This document shows positions 10,367-20,340 of a stretch of DNA of 64,000 bases, one piece after another. Each line of letters opens with the position of its first letter. Position 1 is the stretch's first letter. The stretch spans positions 47,273 through 111,272 of IMG/VR virus record IMGVR_UViG_3300032073_000007; one strand, given 5' to 3'. Source of the stretch: a virus. A model generated the notes under the pieces. That model saw only the letters and a list, made by a program, of their open reading frames with translations. It ran no database searches and had not been told where the DNA came from. The position numbers were made by a program, and so were the translations under genes.

Positions 10367-12328
10367 TTACACAGAAATTTGAGTTGAATGATATAAAATT
10401 GCAGAAGACAAGTCATCTAACTGATGTTGAGAACCCAATTCAAGAACCTTGGCATTGACATTTAATAAACTTATTTTGTCTAAATCTTCTACTATTTCAG
10501 TTAAAGTAGGCTCCCATTCACTTGCGTCTTTTGCTATAACAATAGATTCACAAACTTGAGTAACCATTTCTTTTTTTTGCTTAGACATCCGTTTCAAACC
10601 GAATTTAGAAGCAAATTCTTTAAAGGCTAATAGTTCAAATTCATTTAATCTTTTAGTTGCCTCGACAATATTCTTTTTTGAATAATTTGAGTTTGATACT
10701 CCTACTGGTCTACCACCAGAAGGCGAGACAGGTTTCTCTTCTTTTTTTTCTGGCTCTGATGAAGTTTCACCATCATCATACAAATTTATTGTATTAACTA
10801 AGGGCATGTAGTGTCCCTTTTCTCTATCGTCTACAAATTTCGTTTGAGCCGCTTCCATATCTTTCCCTTGAGGGAAAACTCCAGTATGAACAACTTGCAT
10901 CCCTTGTTCTGGGGTAAGAACACCAAGCTCCATAAGTCTCGTTGCTAGCTTGGACAAGTTATTATCATCCATCGTATCTGTCTTTGCAAACTTCGCTTCT
11001 GGGAAGCTACGCAAGCCAGCAGCCTTACAGATTCTTCTAATTTCTGGATTAATAAAGTCATGCAAGAAAGATCTCCTAGACTCTTCAAGCCTTTGGAAGA
11101 AAACCTTCATTTTCATTGTGGCATCAGAATACTTTGAATCGCCAATCAAAACATTTTGCAAACCATCTTCAATGTCTTTGTTAATAACTGCATATTTTTC
11201 TGGCCCAACAACTTTTCTAATATCAGGAATGATAAAATCTGCTTTAGTAGTATAATCAGAAACAAGCACACGACCTACGCTTTGATTTTTAAATATCTGC
11301 TGCATAGCTGCTAGATTTCTATGATTTACTCCTCCCTTGTCTGGCTCATTACCCATCGTGACAAGTAACACAACATTCTCAATAGATCTACTAATTGCCT
11401 GATCAATGTTTTTTAATTCTATTTTTCTATTGATATCGTCTAGAACAGAATAACCGACTGGAACAGCCATCGGCTCATAGTCTTGTTTTTTAGAAAAGAC
11501 TACATGTAATAACTTAGGATCTAATTTAATTTGAATCCTTGTCATTGCATATTGATTCTTCCCGTTGGTAAGTGCTTCTTGCACATCTTTTGGTAAAGAT
11601 TTAAACATCTCTAACTCATGATCTGTCTCTGGTTTTTGGAGCCTAGAGATCTCAAAAGGAGTTAAGACTTTGAAATATTCATAACCACTAAAAGAAACCG
11701 AACCTTTGGTCGCTATATCTGTAGGGTTAATCAGTAAATATTTTATAGGAATTTCTTTTCTCGCGCTTGCCCCATATGCCTCCAACATTTTTTGAGAGTT
11801 TTTGAGTGGTATTTTTCCATCCACTCTATAAAAGAAGACATTTCCCGATCTGTAATATTCTCTAAAATATTGTTCTTTTAAGTTGTGCATCCTGATTCTC
11901 TTGAACCAAGCATCAATAAATTTTCTTGATTTATCATTACCCCCCTCTAAATAAATATCAGAGTCTGCAAACTCAGACAATAGATCTACAGTCCCCCTAA
12001 ATGACGAAATATTAAAGTAAGCTTTCTGACAAAGTTCTACCGCCTCCCTAGTGTCTGCCCCTCCTTTTTCATAATTAAAGGGTAAAATACCATTTTTAAT
12101 ATTTTCAAATTTGTTATCTAACCCCAAAGTCGCTACTGCGTTGGTTCGCGCCTTTGTTCTGGCTGTTGGAGAAGTCAAACGTGAAGCCTCGCTTGAACTA
12201 AAAATAGGTTCGCCAATTAGCTCTGGGCTAAAACCATCTTCTTGTGGGTTTAATAAATTTTCTATGGGAGTATCCGTCTTGTTGAATTTTTCCCAATACT
12301 CTGATCTTTTGGTATATTTACGAGGCAT
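10367..12328 (-). CDS. Portal protein
   Basis: Directly after terminase; REYYRSGNVFFY portal-like motif; start placed at ATG 12328 (MPRKY) behind a GTGTAA motif. Confidence 0.75.
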   Translation of the reverse strand: MPRKYTKRSEYWEKFNKTDTPIENLLNPQEDGFSPELIGEPIFSSSEASRLTSPTARTKARTNAVATLGLDNKFENIKNGILPFNYEKGGADTREAVELCQKAYFNISSFRGTVDLLSEFADSDIYLEGGNDKSRKFIDAWFKRIRMHNLKEQYFREYYRSGNVFFYRVDGKIPLKNSQKMLEAYGASARKEIPIKYLLINPTDIATKGSVSFSGYEYFKVLTPFEISRLQKPETDHELEMFKSLPKDVQEALTNGKNQYAMTRIQIKLDPKLLHVVFSKKQDYEPMAVPVGYSVLDDINRKIELKNIDQAISRSIENVVLLVTMGNEPDKGGVNHRNLAAMQQIFKNQSVGRVLVSDYTTKADFIIPDIRKVVGPEKYAVINKDIEDGLQNVLIGDSKYSDATMKMKVFFQRLEESRRSFLHDFINPEIRRICKAAGLRSFPEAKFAKTDTMDDNNLSKLATRLMELGVLTPEQGMQVVHTGVFPQGKDMEAAQTKFVDDREKGHYMPLVNTINLYDDGETSSEPEKKEEKPVSPSGGRPVGVSNSNYSKKNIVEATKRLNEFELLAFKEFASKFGLKRMSKQKKEMVTQVCESIVIAKDASEWEPTLTEIVEDLDKISLLNVNAKVLELGSQHQLDDLSSAILYHSTQISV

Positions 12329-12371
12329 ATGAAAGTTTACACTAAAGTTATAAAAGTTACTTTGAAACTTT

Positions 12372-14267
12372 TCAAATCGCAAAGGGAATAAATGTTCCTT
12401 CTGGTTTCTGCTCTAAAGATGCATTCTCAGCATCAAAGAATACTTTTGCAAACCAATTCCCTAGAACTAAAGAAGAATAAGAGTCTTTTCTAGCTCTATT
12501 CGGGCCTTTCTGTCTTCTTAAATTTTGAGGTAAGTTAAATGATTGAGAGCCTTGGGGGTTAGCAATAACCTCAATGTTAGCGCATTCCGACTTTGTAAGT
12601 TCAACCACATACTTTTGGTGGTCTATGAAATCAATCATCATAGCTCCCTTAGAAGCCTTGGGGGATTTTATGTCCCAGTTTAATTTATCTATAGGCAAAT
12701 TCTTTTTTCTTTGCTCATCAAAGTGAGAGTCGATTGCTCTAGAAGCAAATAAAATTCTTTTATGGTCTATCGCTGCTTGCAACATCTCATTGGCATTTCT
12801 AATCCAGTTTGATGTAGGTTTTCTTAAGATGCAGTAATTCCTTTCTCTTAAGTTATATTGATTTTTAAAACTTGTTATATCTGTATTCCAGTTCTCTGGC
12901 TTCTCTAAATCAACATCAATCACACCTATGTTTATATTCTCGTTTTTAAACAAAGCACTTTCGTTACAAGAATTTATAAACTGAACTCCTCCATTATAGT
13001 CACCACATATACCTACAATATTAAAATGTTTCAGCAAGTATAGCATATATTCCATATGCTGTTTTAAAGAAACCCCTGCTATGGCATAACCATGAACTAA
13101 ACAAACTTTTTGTGCTTCTCTGTCTATCTTGAAGACATGCATAGCAAAATGGTCAGCACTTGTGTTCCCAGCCCAGTTTGGGTCAAAAGATAATAAGTAT
13201 TCATGACTGGGGTTACCAACTACTTCGACAGCGGGTAATTCTCCGTCTGGTATCGTGCAAGCGGCCATCTTTGATAATCTGTAATATCCATCACTCTCAT
13301 CTATGAATTGTGCGCCAAACTCTCTTTTAAACTGCATTTCACTCATGGTGGCTTTAGCTTGTTTAAGCAGATTCTGATCGTATAGCATTGATGGGGCGCA
13401 GTCGTAACTAAGCTGCATTATTAGCCTATAAGCATCATCTTTAAGGGTATCCTCTTCCTCATCTTCTTGCCCATCCCCTTGTCCTTGTATTAACTCTTCA
13501 TATTTTTTATAGAGTTTATACATATACTCAAATTTAAATGATGGAGATGAAAGAATAATAAGTTTGTTATTAGGCCATATATATCTATCCTTTTCTCTCA
13601 TCTCGCCTTTGTCGATTAGACGGGATTCTAAATTGTATAGTTCCTCCCTCTCGATAGGATTCTCTACCACCCCCAAAAATGGTATAATAACTTCATTAAA
13701 TATTTTTTCAGGTATCGTTAAGAACTCATCCAACACAATCCTATTAAATCGAAATCCACGAAGTCTCTCACCATTAGCTAACGGAAGGGCTATCGCCCTA
13801 GCCTTACCTAAAGTCATTGTCCATTGGTCAGTTCCTTTTGTTATTTTAAATCCACATTCTTTAATTAGACTTGCTTCGGGTTTGCTAATTATATCCTCCA
13901 TCTTTTGGAAGATTTGTTTAGATTGCCTAAATGTCCCAGCAATAACCCCTATGTTTGAATTTGGGTTGAGTAGGCACTCCAGTAATACGTAGATCGCAGT
14001 AGAGAATGTCTTCGACATACCTCGCGAGAATACGAACATGGAATAGTCAGAAACCATCATCCCCTTAATAGCCATAGCCTGAAAGGGGAATAACTTAACA
14101 CCTAAAAATAACTCAGAAGTAAATGCTATATTGTTCCGCAAGAACTTATACAGCAAATACTTCGCTTCTTCTTCTTTGATACTGCCATCAATTCCCTTTA
14201 GGAACTCGTTGAGTTCCTGAGAGGAATGCTCAAACCGATATCCTTGTTCTCCCTTTGTCCAAGACAT
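12372..14267 (-). CDS. terL: Terminase large subunit
   Basis: LFPFQ adenine motif, SRGMSKT Walker A variant, LRGFRFNRIVLDE Walker B, RNase H-like LSFDP...ADHFAM...KDSYSSL. Confidence 0.9.
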   Translation of the reverse strand: MSWTKGEQGYRFEHSSQELNEFLKGIDGSIKEEEAKYLLYKFLRNNIAFTSELFLGVKLFPFQAMAIKGMMVSDYSMFVFSRGMSKTFSTAIYVLLECLLNPNSNIGVIAGTFRQSKQIFQKMEDIISKPEASLIKECGFKITKGTDQWTMTLGKARAIALPLANGERLRGFRFNRIVLDEFLTIPEKIFNEVIIPFLGVVENPIEREELYNLESRLIDKGEMREKDRYIWPNNKLIILSSPSFKFEYMYKLYKKYEELIQGQGDGQEDEEEDTLKDDAYRLIMQLSYDCAPSMLYDQNLLKQAKATMSEMQFKREFGAQFIDESDGYYRLSKMAACTIPDGELPAVEVVGNPSHEYLLSFDPNWAGNTSADHFAMHVFKIDREAQKVCLVHGYAIAGVSLKQHMEYMLYLLKHFNIVGICGDYNGGVQFINSCNESALFKNENINIGVIDVDLEKPENWNTDITSFKNQYNLRERNYCILRKPTSNWIRNANEMLQAAIDHKRILFASRAIDSHFDEQRKKNLPIDKLNWDIKSPKASKGAMMIDFIDHQKYVVELTKSECANIEVIANPQGSQSFNLPQNLRRQKGPNRARKDSYSSLVLGNWFAKVFFDAENASLEQKPEGTFIPFAI

Positions 14268-15183
14268 TTACTCGTTCGTCTATAAAATATTGTAAGTCAA
14301 CATTCCACATAGCTTCTCCGTGATAAAGAATAAGTGGAATTAGCTTTTTAGCTCCTGCTCTGTTGTGTGCAAAAATGATTTGTATGTTTTTGGGGTAGTC
14401 TATAATTAAGTTTCTTATATTGTGCCATAGGTAACCAAGATTAGACTTAAACTTAGAAGTCTTGTTGTCTTCTTCTAATTTGTCTATTGTTGTTTCTGCT
14501 ACAACAAACATGTAAGAGTTAAACTCTACGCACCTGTCCATCTCGCGTCGAAACCTGTCAATGTCCTTACCGAAGGTTTGCCTAAAGTCATCTTGTGATT
14601 TGCGATCAACAAATGTCTTTGTATATAGGTCTCCTCTTGCAGTATAGTCTCCGAAGTCTAATTTATTTGTTACAGAGTCTTGAAACTTAAGTGGGGCTTT
14701 TTCTCTAGTGTCAGTAAAGATAGGTATAGTCTGATAGTCATGCTCCCAGAAATCTTTGGGTAGATTTGTATTGAAGTAATTTTCTACCTCAAGTTCTTCT
14801 AAGAAGGCAGAATAAGAACCCCAGAACTTTTTATAGTAAAATATGCTTGCCATCTGCGACAAGTCATAAAAAAGGTTTGGCGGTGATATAGAAATTTCTT
14901 TTGATGTAAATTTATCTACTACCTTTTCTTTGATATATGTTTTGACCTCCTCCTCTGGAGCCGAGTCCATCCATAACTTAAAATTATCATAACAGTTAAA
15001 GCTATCCCTAAAATATTGATCATAAGATCGAAAAGCCAGTTTTTCACCCGTGTATAGGTCTCTTCGGTCGTAGTGTTTGACATAATAATCTCCTATAGTT
15101 AGAGAATGAGCTTTCAAGTGAGCATGGAAGCTCCTCTTTTTGTCAAACTCTTTACCACATTCTTTACAGACAAAATTGCTCAT
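14230..15183 (-). CDS. C2H2 zinc finger plus ERCC4/XPF-type nuclease
   Basis: CKECGKEF...HAHLKAH; DTRE, GDY, VDRKSQDDF motifs. Confidence 0.7.
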   Translation of the reverse strand: MSNFVCKECGKEFDKKRSFHAHLKAHSLTIGDYYVKHYDRRDLYTGEKLAFRSYDQYFRDSFNCYDNFKLWMDSAPEEEVKTYIKEKVVDKFTSKEISISPPNLFYDLSQMASIFYYKKFWGSYSAFLEELEVENYFNTNLPKDFWEHDYQTIPIFTDTREKAPLKFQDSVTNKLDFGDYTARGDLYTKTFVDRKSQDDFRQTFGKDIDRFRREMDRCVEFNSYMFVVAETTIDKLEEDNKTSKFKSNLGYLWHNIRNLIIDYPKNIQIIFAHNRAGAKKLIPLILYHGEAMWNVDLQYFIDERVNVLDKGRTRISV

Positions 15184-16241
15184 AAGATCTCTTTTTTAGA
15201 TATTCCTAGAATCCGAGCTTTGTAGTCATCCATAGACTCAAGTCGGTCAGCTTCTTCTTCGATTAGTTTGTTTTGCATTTCTGCCATCATAATCATCCTA
15301 TCACGCTCCTCTTTCTCTTGAAATGCCTCCACTAGCGCAGCAATGCTACCGTTTTGCTCTCCTCTTGCCTTTAAACGCGCCTGACGGCTTCCGTTGAGGT
15401 CTTTGGTCAAAGATTCGATTCTTTTCTCACATTGATTTAGCTCGTCGCTGGTGGCCTTTATAAGCTCAGTAAGACGCAAGGTTATATCTCGCTCATTTTC
15501 TGTGTCATTGAGCATATTGTTCAATCTGTCGATTCTTTGCTGAATATGCTTCTGACGAACATAGTTCGTGCAAACAGTAATATACAAGTTTAGCTCATCA
15601 TTTGTTAAATCGGGCTTGTCCCACACCGTCCGAACAAACTCACTCTCAAATAAGTCTCTATCTGCTATTGTTGAGTATTGATTAATGAAATGAACGAAAC
15701 GAGGACTCTTCAGGTAGAAGAGAAGCCTTTCGCACATTTTCTTTTGTTTTGTTTGTATTGATATTTCGTCAAATGTCTGACCAGCCCAATCGTTAACCTT
15801 CTTAATGGCCCTAGATAGCGATTTAGGAGGAGTCCACTTGTCACTAGTGATCATATCATTGTCATCGACAATCTCTGGCCTGTAACTACGGAGAAACTCC
15901 ATAACCATCCTATGCTGCTGACTAAGTGGCTGTATCTCTCTATCCCGAAAAGCTAATCTAGTAGCCTCTAAAGCATTCATACCTCTCTCGATGTTATCAC
16001 TCATCAAGAATTCTCTTTGTTCAGTTGTTAAATCTATTTCTTCAACTCTTTGTGGTGTGGTGGTATTAAATTCTAAATTATTATTAATTAAAAATGCTCT
16101 GACAGCCCGACCCTCCTTAGAACGACCATCCAAACTATCGTTTTCAAACACTATTTGTGTGATATGCCTCAAATCTGGATTTTTAACGAACTCTTCTTGT
16201 ATTTGAGTCTTTTGTTTCTCTGTTAATGCTAAATTGTTCAT
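15180..16241 (-). CDS. Coiled-coil protein, possible terminase small subunit
   Basis: Helical/coiled-coil 353 aa upstream of terL; function by position only. Confidence 0.35.
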   Translation of the reverse strand: MNNLALTEKQKTQIQEEFVKNPDLRHITQIVFENDSLDGRSKEGRAVRAFLINNNLEFNTTTPQRVEEIDLTTEQREFLMSDNIERGMNALEATRLAFRDREIQPLSQQHRMVMEFLRSYRPEIVDDNDMITSDKWTPPKSLSRAIKKVNDWAGQTFDEISIQTKQKKMCERLLFYLKSPRFVHFINQYSTIADRDLFESEFVRTVWDKPDLTNDELNLYITVCTNYVRQKHIQQRIDRLNNMLNDTENERDITLRLTELIKATSDELNQCEKRIESLTKDLNGSRQARLKARGEQNGSIAALVEAFQEKEERDRMIMMAEMQNKLIEEEADRLESMDDYKARILGISKKEIL

Positions 16242-16915
16242 AAAATGTCATTGTTCTTTATAATCTTAAGAGCAATTAAATAAAATTTCTTTTTTAAATT
16301 TGCCATCTGTTTGTATCTCGGTTTTTTCCGCTTGGCAGAGTCGGCTTTGAACCCAAATTTCTTCGCAACATCATTTTCTTCAATGTTCTCGACGTAAAGC
16401 ATGTAATAAATCTTTTTATGCTTCTCGCTTAACTGATCCATTACAAGTTTATGCAATTTCTCAGCCGAACCATCATAATCAACAAAATCTTTTATTGTCG
16501 CGGTTCCTGTCGAAACACCTTCTTCCAAAGCTAATGGAAGCTTTATGTTATACGCTCTTTCTTTTTTCTTTTTCCATTTAGCAAAATCAGGGCAAGATTC
16601 ATCTTGCTCTTGGCTTTTTGTAAATTCACAAGAGTTTGCCCCCATATTATGAGGGCAGCGCAAACATGGCTTTGCAAAACTTGAATAATTATTACGAATC
16701 AGGTTTTTAATCTGATTTGATATAATCATCGAAGCCCAAGGCTTGAATGGGCGAGACTGATCCCAAAGATGCCACTTATTATGTATATGTATTCGGATTA
16801 TTTGACAAACATCATCATAATCCATCCAAGCTAAAGCGCTTAGTTGCCATTTTGGTCTATATTTTTTAAGAAGCTCTTCTAAATAATCTCGCTGACTATC
16901 AAAATCATTATTCAT
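16238..16915 (-). CDS. Phage-encoded ECF/sigma70-family sigma factor
   Basis: Region 2-like DDVCQ...WDQSRPFKPWASMIISNQIKNLIR; region 4-like LSEKHKKIYYMLYVENIEENDVAKKFG; Cys-rich linker. Confidence 0.75.
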   Translation of the reverse strand: MNNDFDSQRDYLEELLKKYRPKWQLSALAWMDYDDVCQIIRIHIHNKWHLWDQSRPFKPWASMIISNQIKNLIRNNYSSFAKPCLRCPHNMGANSCEFTKSQEQDESCPDFAKWKKKKERAYNIKLPLALEEGVSTGTATIKDFVDYDGSAEKLHKLVMDQLSEKHKKIYYMLYVENIEENDVAKKFGFKADSAKRKKPRYKQMANLKKKFYLIALKIIKNNDIL

Positions 16916-17270
16916 CTACATCTCTCATCCGAGATGAGGAACAATCTTTAATAGTTTGATCTAAAAGTTCTTTTCCATCAGGATCTTTCGAAGCTGGCCT
17001 AGAAAAACTATCTCTTTCCATTCCTGCTTCGGCAGCAGTAACAGAACCCCAAATTTGTTCAACTGTAGTCTTTTGATTAGAAGACTCTACAACAATGTCT
17101 CTTTTTAATTTATCTAAATCAACATCTAACTCAGGCTGCTCGTCCACATCTTGTTCTCTTGAAGCCTTGGATAAGCCATCGAGACTCTGCCCACATTCTG
17201 GGCAAAACTTAGGCTTCTTTACCTCATACAAGATCTTATGTCCACACGATACACAAAAAAGTTTATTCAT
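16908..17270 (-). CDS. Zinc-ribbon protein
   Basis: CVSCG...FCPECG. Confidence 0.7.
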   Translation of the reverse strand: MNKLFCVSCGHKILYEVKKPKFCPECGQSLDGLSKASREQDVDEQPELDVDLDKLKRDIVVESSNQKTTVEQIWGSVTAAEAGMERDSFSRPASKDPDGKELLDQTIKDCSSSRMRDVDE

Positions 17271-17281
17271 GGCTAATTTTA

Positions 17282-17959
17282 TTAATTTAATTGGTTTTTT
17301 TCAATTTTATCTACTAAATAGCTGATAATCTTATCTCTCATAACATCATCCTTCGTAAAATGTAGATGATGTATCCCATGACTTCTACTTTCTTCATCAT
17401 CGAAGACCTTACAAAATTGTTGAAAGCCAGTAGACCTAATATCACTCTGCATAGTATCTCCACATATAAATAATGTAGAGTTCGCACTTATCCTAGTAAT
17501 GACAGTTGTAAGTTCTTTTATCGTCATGTTTTGCGCTTCGTCAACGATAACGACCTTATTCCTCCATGTAGACCCACGAATAAAGTTAATCGGGGCCGCA
17601 TCTATCGCATTCCTTTGTTGTAATTGTTGTTTTTCATGTGGACTTAAAAGTTCATCCAGTTTATCATCTAGGGGTCCAATATATGGATTGAATTTATCAT
17701 CCATACTTCCTTTCAGAAAACCCATCCCCTTATCCGCACTCTCTGCCAAACTCCTCAAATAAAGAATATTAAGCAGATTGTCCTGATTGTGTTTGTATAT
17801 AGCCGTATACACTGACAAAAATGTCTTTGCCGTCCCTGCTGGCCCACTTATAAATACTACCCTCGTATTGGGGTTCCTCATGATCTTATGAAATTGACTT
17901 TGTTTTTCTGTAAGTTCTATATGCCCCAACAAAAAAGAGTTTTTATATTTATATGACAT
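17282..17959 (-). CDS. phoH: PhoH-family ATPase
   Basis: GPAGTAKT, GFLKG, FIRGST, IVDEAQN, GDTMQSD. Confidence 0.92.
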   Translation of the reverse strand: MSYKYKNSFLLGHIELTEKQSQFHKIMRNPNTRVVFISGPAGTAKTFLSVYTAIYKHNQDNLLNILYLRSLAESADKGMGFLKGSMDDKFNPYIGPLDDKLDELLSPHEKQQLQQRNAIDAAPINFIRGSTWRNKVVIVDEAQNMTIKELTTVITRISANSTLFICGDTMQSDIRSTGFQQFCKVFDDEESRSHGIHHLHFTKDDVMRDKIISYLVDKIEKNQLN

Positions 17960-18117
17960 GTATGTTCTTTTTTACACGAATAACTGAATGGTTGGTTACT
18001 TGTTTATAGAATTCACCACCCCCCCGCGCTGTGAGCGTCAAGTCATTTCTCAAAAATTCTCAAAAAACCCACCCCTACCTACCCGCCAAAAAAAAGAAAA
18101 TAAAAGCATCTTTTCTC

Positions 18118-18146
18118 TTGCTTTCTATCTGGATCTGTGCTATACT
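18118..18146 (+). promoter_or_regulatory. Sigma70-type early promoter (first of a series, see findings)
   Basis: TTGCTT-17-TATACT, ATG 6 nt downstream. Confidence 0.75.
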
Positions 18147-18152
18147 ATGCCC

Positions 18153-18350
18153 ATGAAAGAAATTAAAACTTCCTTAGTCTCCGATCTTACATTCATTGAA
18201 ATTGCTGATACTCTTCGGCCTGACCAATGGGCTGATTGGTATGTAGAGTTTTCTTACAAGGGCAAAGACTACGAAGGGTCTTTACAGGCTGGAGTTCACA
18301 ACGCAGAAGATTTTCATCACGATCTAATCGAATACGTCGAAGAAAAATAA
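18153..18350 (+). CDS. Small acidic early protein
   Basis: Start reassigned to leaderless ATG 18153 (MKEIKTSL...). Confidence 0.7.
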   Translation: MKEIKTSLVSDLTFIEIADTLRPDQWADWYVEFSYKGKDYEGSLQAGVHNAEDFHHDLIEYVEEK

Positions 18351-18408
18351 TTCAAAATAATAGCAGAAAAAGCTTTTTTAAAATCAATTTTTAATGTATA
18401 ATTCCCAC

Positions 18409-18669
18409 ATGACAGAAAACAAAGAATACTACCGCAGCGTAACTTGGGACGATGGTCGCACAGTTAAATTCAACGACGACTTCGAGGTCGAGGGCTTCAC
18501 CAAGGTTACCGACATCTGGCCTTCCGAGAGTTCTGTAGCTAGGAACCTTGAACAGCGCAAGGCTTTGGGCGGTGGTAAGTCCTATGGCTACCGCTACAAG
18601 TCTATGCAAAGACAAGATTGGTATGTAGACTTCGATGCAAAAGCTTTCTGGGCCGTTGATAATGTCTAA
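18409..18669 (+). CDS. Small early protein
   Basis: TATAAT-6 nt-ATG (MTENKEYY...). Confidence 0.7.
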   Translation: MTENKEYYRSVTWDDGRTVKFNDDFEVEGFTKVTDIWPSESSVARNLEQRKALGGGKSYGYRYKSMQRQDWYVDFDAKAFWAVDNV

Positions 18670-18723
18670 AAAAAAGAATAAAAAACCCTTGCACAGAATC
18701 AAAATCTAAGCTATACTAAACCC

Positions 18724-18906
18724 ATGACAGAGACAACCACTACCAAGACTGACCAAGATAAATTCTTTCAAGAGCGCAACGCAGCAACCGAAATGCGTGA
18801 TGATCTTTTCTTCGTTGTAGGATGGCTTAAAGCTGACAATCCAGAGATCTCGAAAAGACTTGAAGACATTCTCAAAAACCACGACAGAAACAGAGTCGGC
18901 TGGTAA
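18724..18906 (+). CDS. Small early protein
   Basis: TTGCAC-17-TATACT-6 nt-ATG. Confidence 0.7.
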   Translation: MTETTTTKTDQDKFFQERNAATEMRDDLFFVVGWLKADNPEISKRLEDILKNHDRNRVGW

Positions 18907-18947
18907 TTCACCCAAACCCAAAACCAAACACTAACAAAAACAAAATC

Positions 18948-19283
18948 ATGAACCATCGTTTAAACTACCTCAAGAACTTCGTCACTATCGTAATGATCAC
19001 CCACCTTGCCGTGCTTGCCGTCTTCGGCTTGTTGGCTTACTTCGTTGGCTTACCTCAAGCCATTGATAACATAGGAGGATGGTATGAGACCAAAGCAAAC
19101 GGAGAGGTCTACTATCATGCCTATAACTTCCTGCACTTCATGGCTCTCACTTACCTTCCTGCTATGGTGCTAGCTCCTTGCATTACTGCCATCGACTGGA
19201 TCAATGACGCACCCGCAAGACGCAAGCTCAAGCGCACACCTAACACAATCACAGGAAAAGAATTAGTTGATATAAAACTCTAA
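18948..19283 (+). CDS. Two-TM membrane protein
   Basis: Two hydrophobic segments. Confidence 0.65.
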   Translation: MNHRLNYLKNFVTIVMITHLAVLAVFGLLAYFVGLPQAIDNIGGWYETKANGEVYYHAYNFLHFMALTYLPAMVLAPCITAIDWINDAPARRKLKRTPNTITGKELVDIKL

Positions 19284-19325
19284 AATAATCCTTGCAATAA
19301 TCTCAAACTAAACTATACTAACATC

Positions 19326-19667
19326 ATGACCGTTAAAAAACCCGCATTCATCTATTCCGTAATCGTTAAAGCCCTCAAGGATTGTCGCTTGAGGGAAGAC
19401 CACGCTCAAGTAGAAGAGCCATCCATTGATAACTATACTGGAGCTGTAATCATTGACATGTGCAGGGCAGCAGTTAATCATAACCGCGACCTCCGTGACT
19501 TTCGCACAGTGTGCGAGGAAACACTGAAGGTAATCCTCCGCTTGCGTAGGGATTCAATACCAATGATCGGCCCGACTTGTCACAATGATCTCGTCAAGGA
19601 AGGTCTTATGGTTGAGGGCGAAGATCTGGCCACGAATAACATGAATGAAAAACTCTCGGTAGGGTAA
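19326..19667 (+). CDS. Early hypothetical protein
   Basis: TTGCAA-16-TATACT-6 nt-ATG; followed by a terminator. Confidence 0.7.
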   Translation: MTVKKPAFIYSVIVKALKDCRLREDHAQVEEPSIDNYTGAVIIDMCRAAVNHNRDLRDFRTVCEETLKVILRLRRDSIPMIGPTCHNDLVKEGLMVEGEDLATNNMNEKLSVG

Positions 19668-19682
19668 CCTGCCACTGTCATG

Positions 19683-19720
19683 GAGCCTCGTCACCCCAAC
19701 GGGTGGCGAGGTTTTTTCTT
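19683..19720 (+). terminator. Intrinsic terminator
   Basis: GCCTCGTCACCC-CAAC-GGGTGGCGAGGT plus T tract. Confidence 0.8.
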
Positions 19721-19748
19721 GTAAAAAAACAAATAAAAAGCTTGACAG

Positions 19749-19827
19749 CGTAACTCACTGATACTCAACGAGTTACGCGCGGCGGCCCGCCCCCGCCCCG
19801 TAACTCCTTGATAACCAACGACTTACG
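19749..19827 (+). repeat. 79-bp bipartite palindromic element, copy 1 (forward)
   Basis: CGTAACTCACTGATACTCAACGAGTTACG + CGCGGCGGCCCGCCCCCGCCC + CGTAACTCCTTGATAACCAACGACTTACG. Confidence 0.95.
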
Positions 19828-19975
19828 AAGATTCCTCATGTATCATACTTTCAGATCAACGCAAGCATTTAAATGAAAAAAATTAACCTGTCTGACAACT
19901 TAAAAAAAAATCATTTTAAAGGTAAAAAAAGCTTTTAATTCATACGGATCTGTGCTATACTTCTCCCAGCAAGAA

Positions 19976-20089
19976 AGCTCTATAGTTTAAAAAGTAAAAC
20001 ATTCTCCGCGACCGCTTCAACAATAAGTCACCGCAACCCCAATGGTTCGGGCGAGAAAGATAAAGGTGCAAGTCCTTTTAGAGCGACCA
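19976..20089 (+). ncRNA. tRNA-Pro(CGG)-like RNA with 39-nt insertion in the anticodon arm
   Basis: Acceptor GCTCTA/TAGAGC with GACCA end, D stem GTTT/AAAC, anticodon stem TTCTC/GAGAA, T arm AAAGG-TGCAAGT-CCTTT; own promoter (TATACT 19956-19961). Confidence 0.7.
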
Positions 20090-20151
20090 ATTTCCCTAAA
20101 AAAACAAAATAAAAGTTTGCACTATCTCAAAAACTAAAGTAGATTCTACTC

Positions 20152-20340
20152 ATGACAGAAAAAGAACAAATCGAACACCTCAAAGATCAAATCTTCAAAC
20201 TTCAAATGGTAATGAAGGGAGTTTCAGGCATCGCAGCAGCAAGGTCTTCATTCAAAGAGACTTCTGCCTTTAACAAGGAGACCTTCAAAAGAATCGAGAG
20301 CCAACTTGATGAAGCAGTCAAGGAAGTTCAGTTAGGGTAG
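20152..20340 (+). CDS. 62-aa helical early protein whose last codon and stop overlap the mini-tmRNA
   Basis: TTGCAC-17-TAGATT-6 nt-ATG. Confidence 0.75.
   Translation: MTEKEQIEHLKDQIFKLQMVMKGVSGIAAARSSFKETSAFNKETFKRIESQLDEAVKEVQLG

Noticed and set aside
17988-18152. ORF-track upstream extensions (17988, 21762, 23975 and similar)
   Set aside because: They run through promoter sequence; leaderless ATGs downstream are better starts
19778-19798. G-quadruplex in the GC cores
   Set aside because: At most three G runs per core, and the runs are not conserved in all copies
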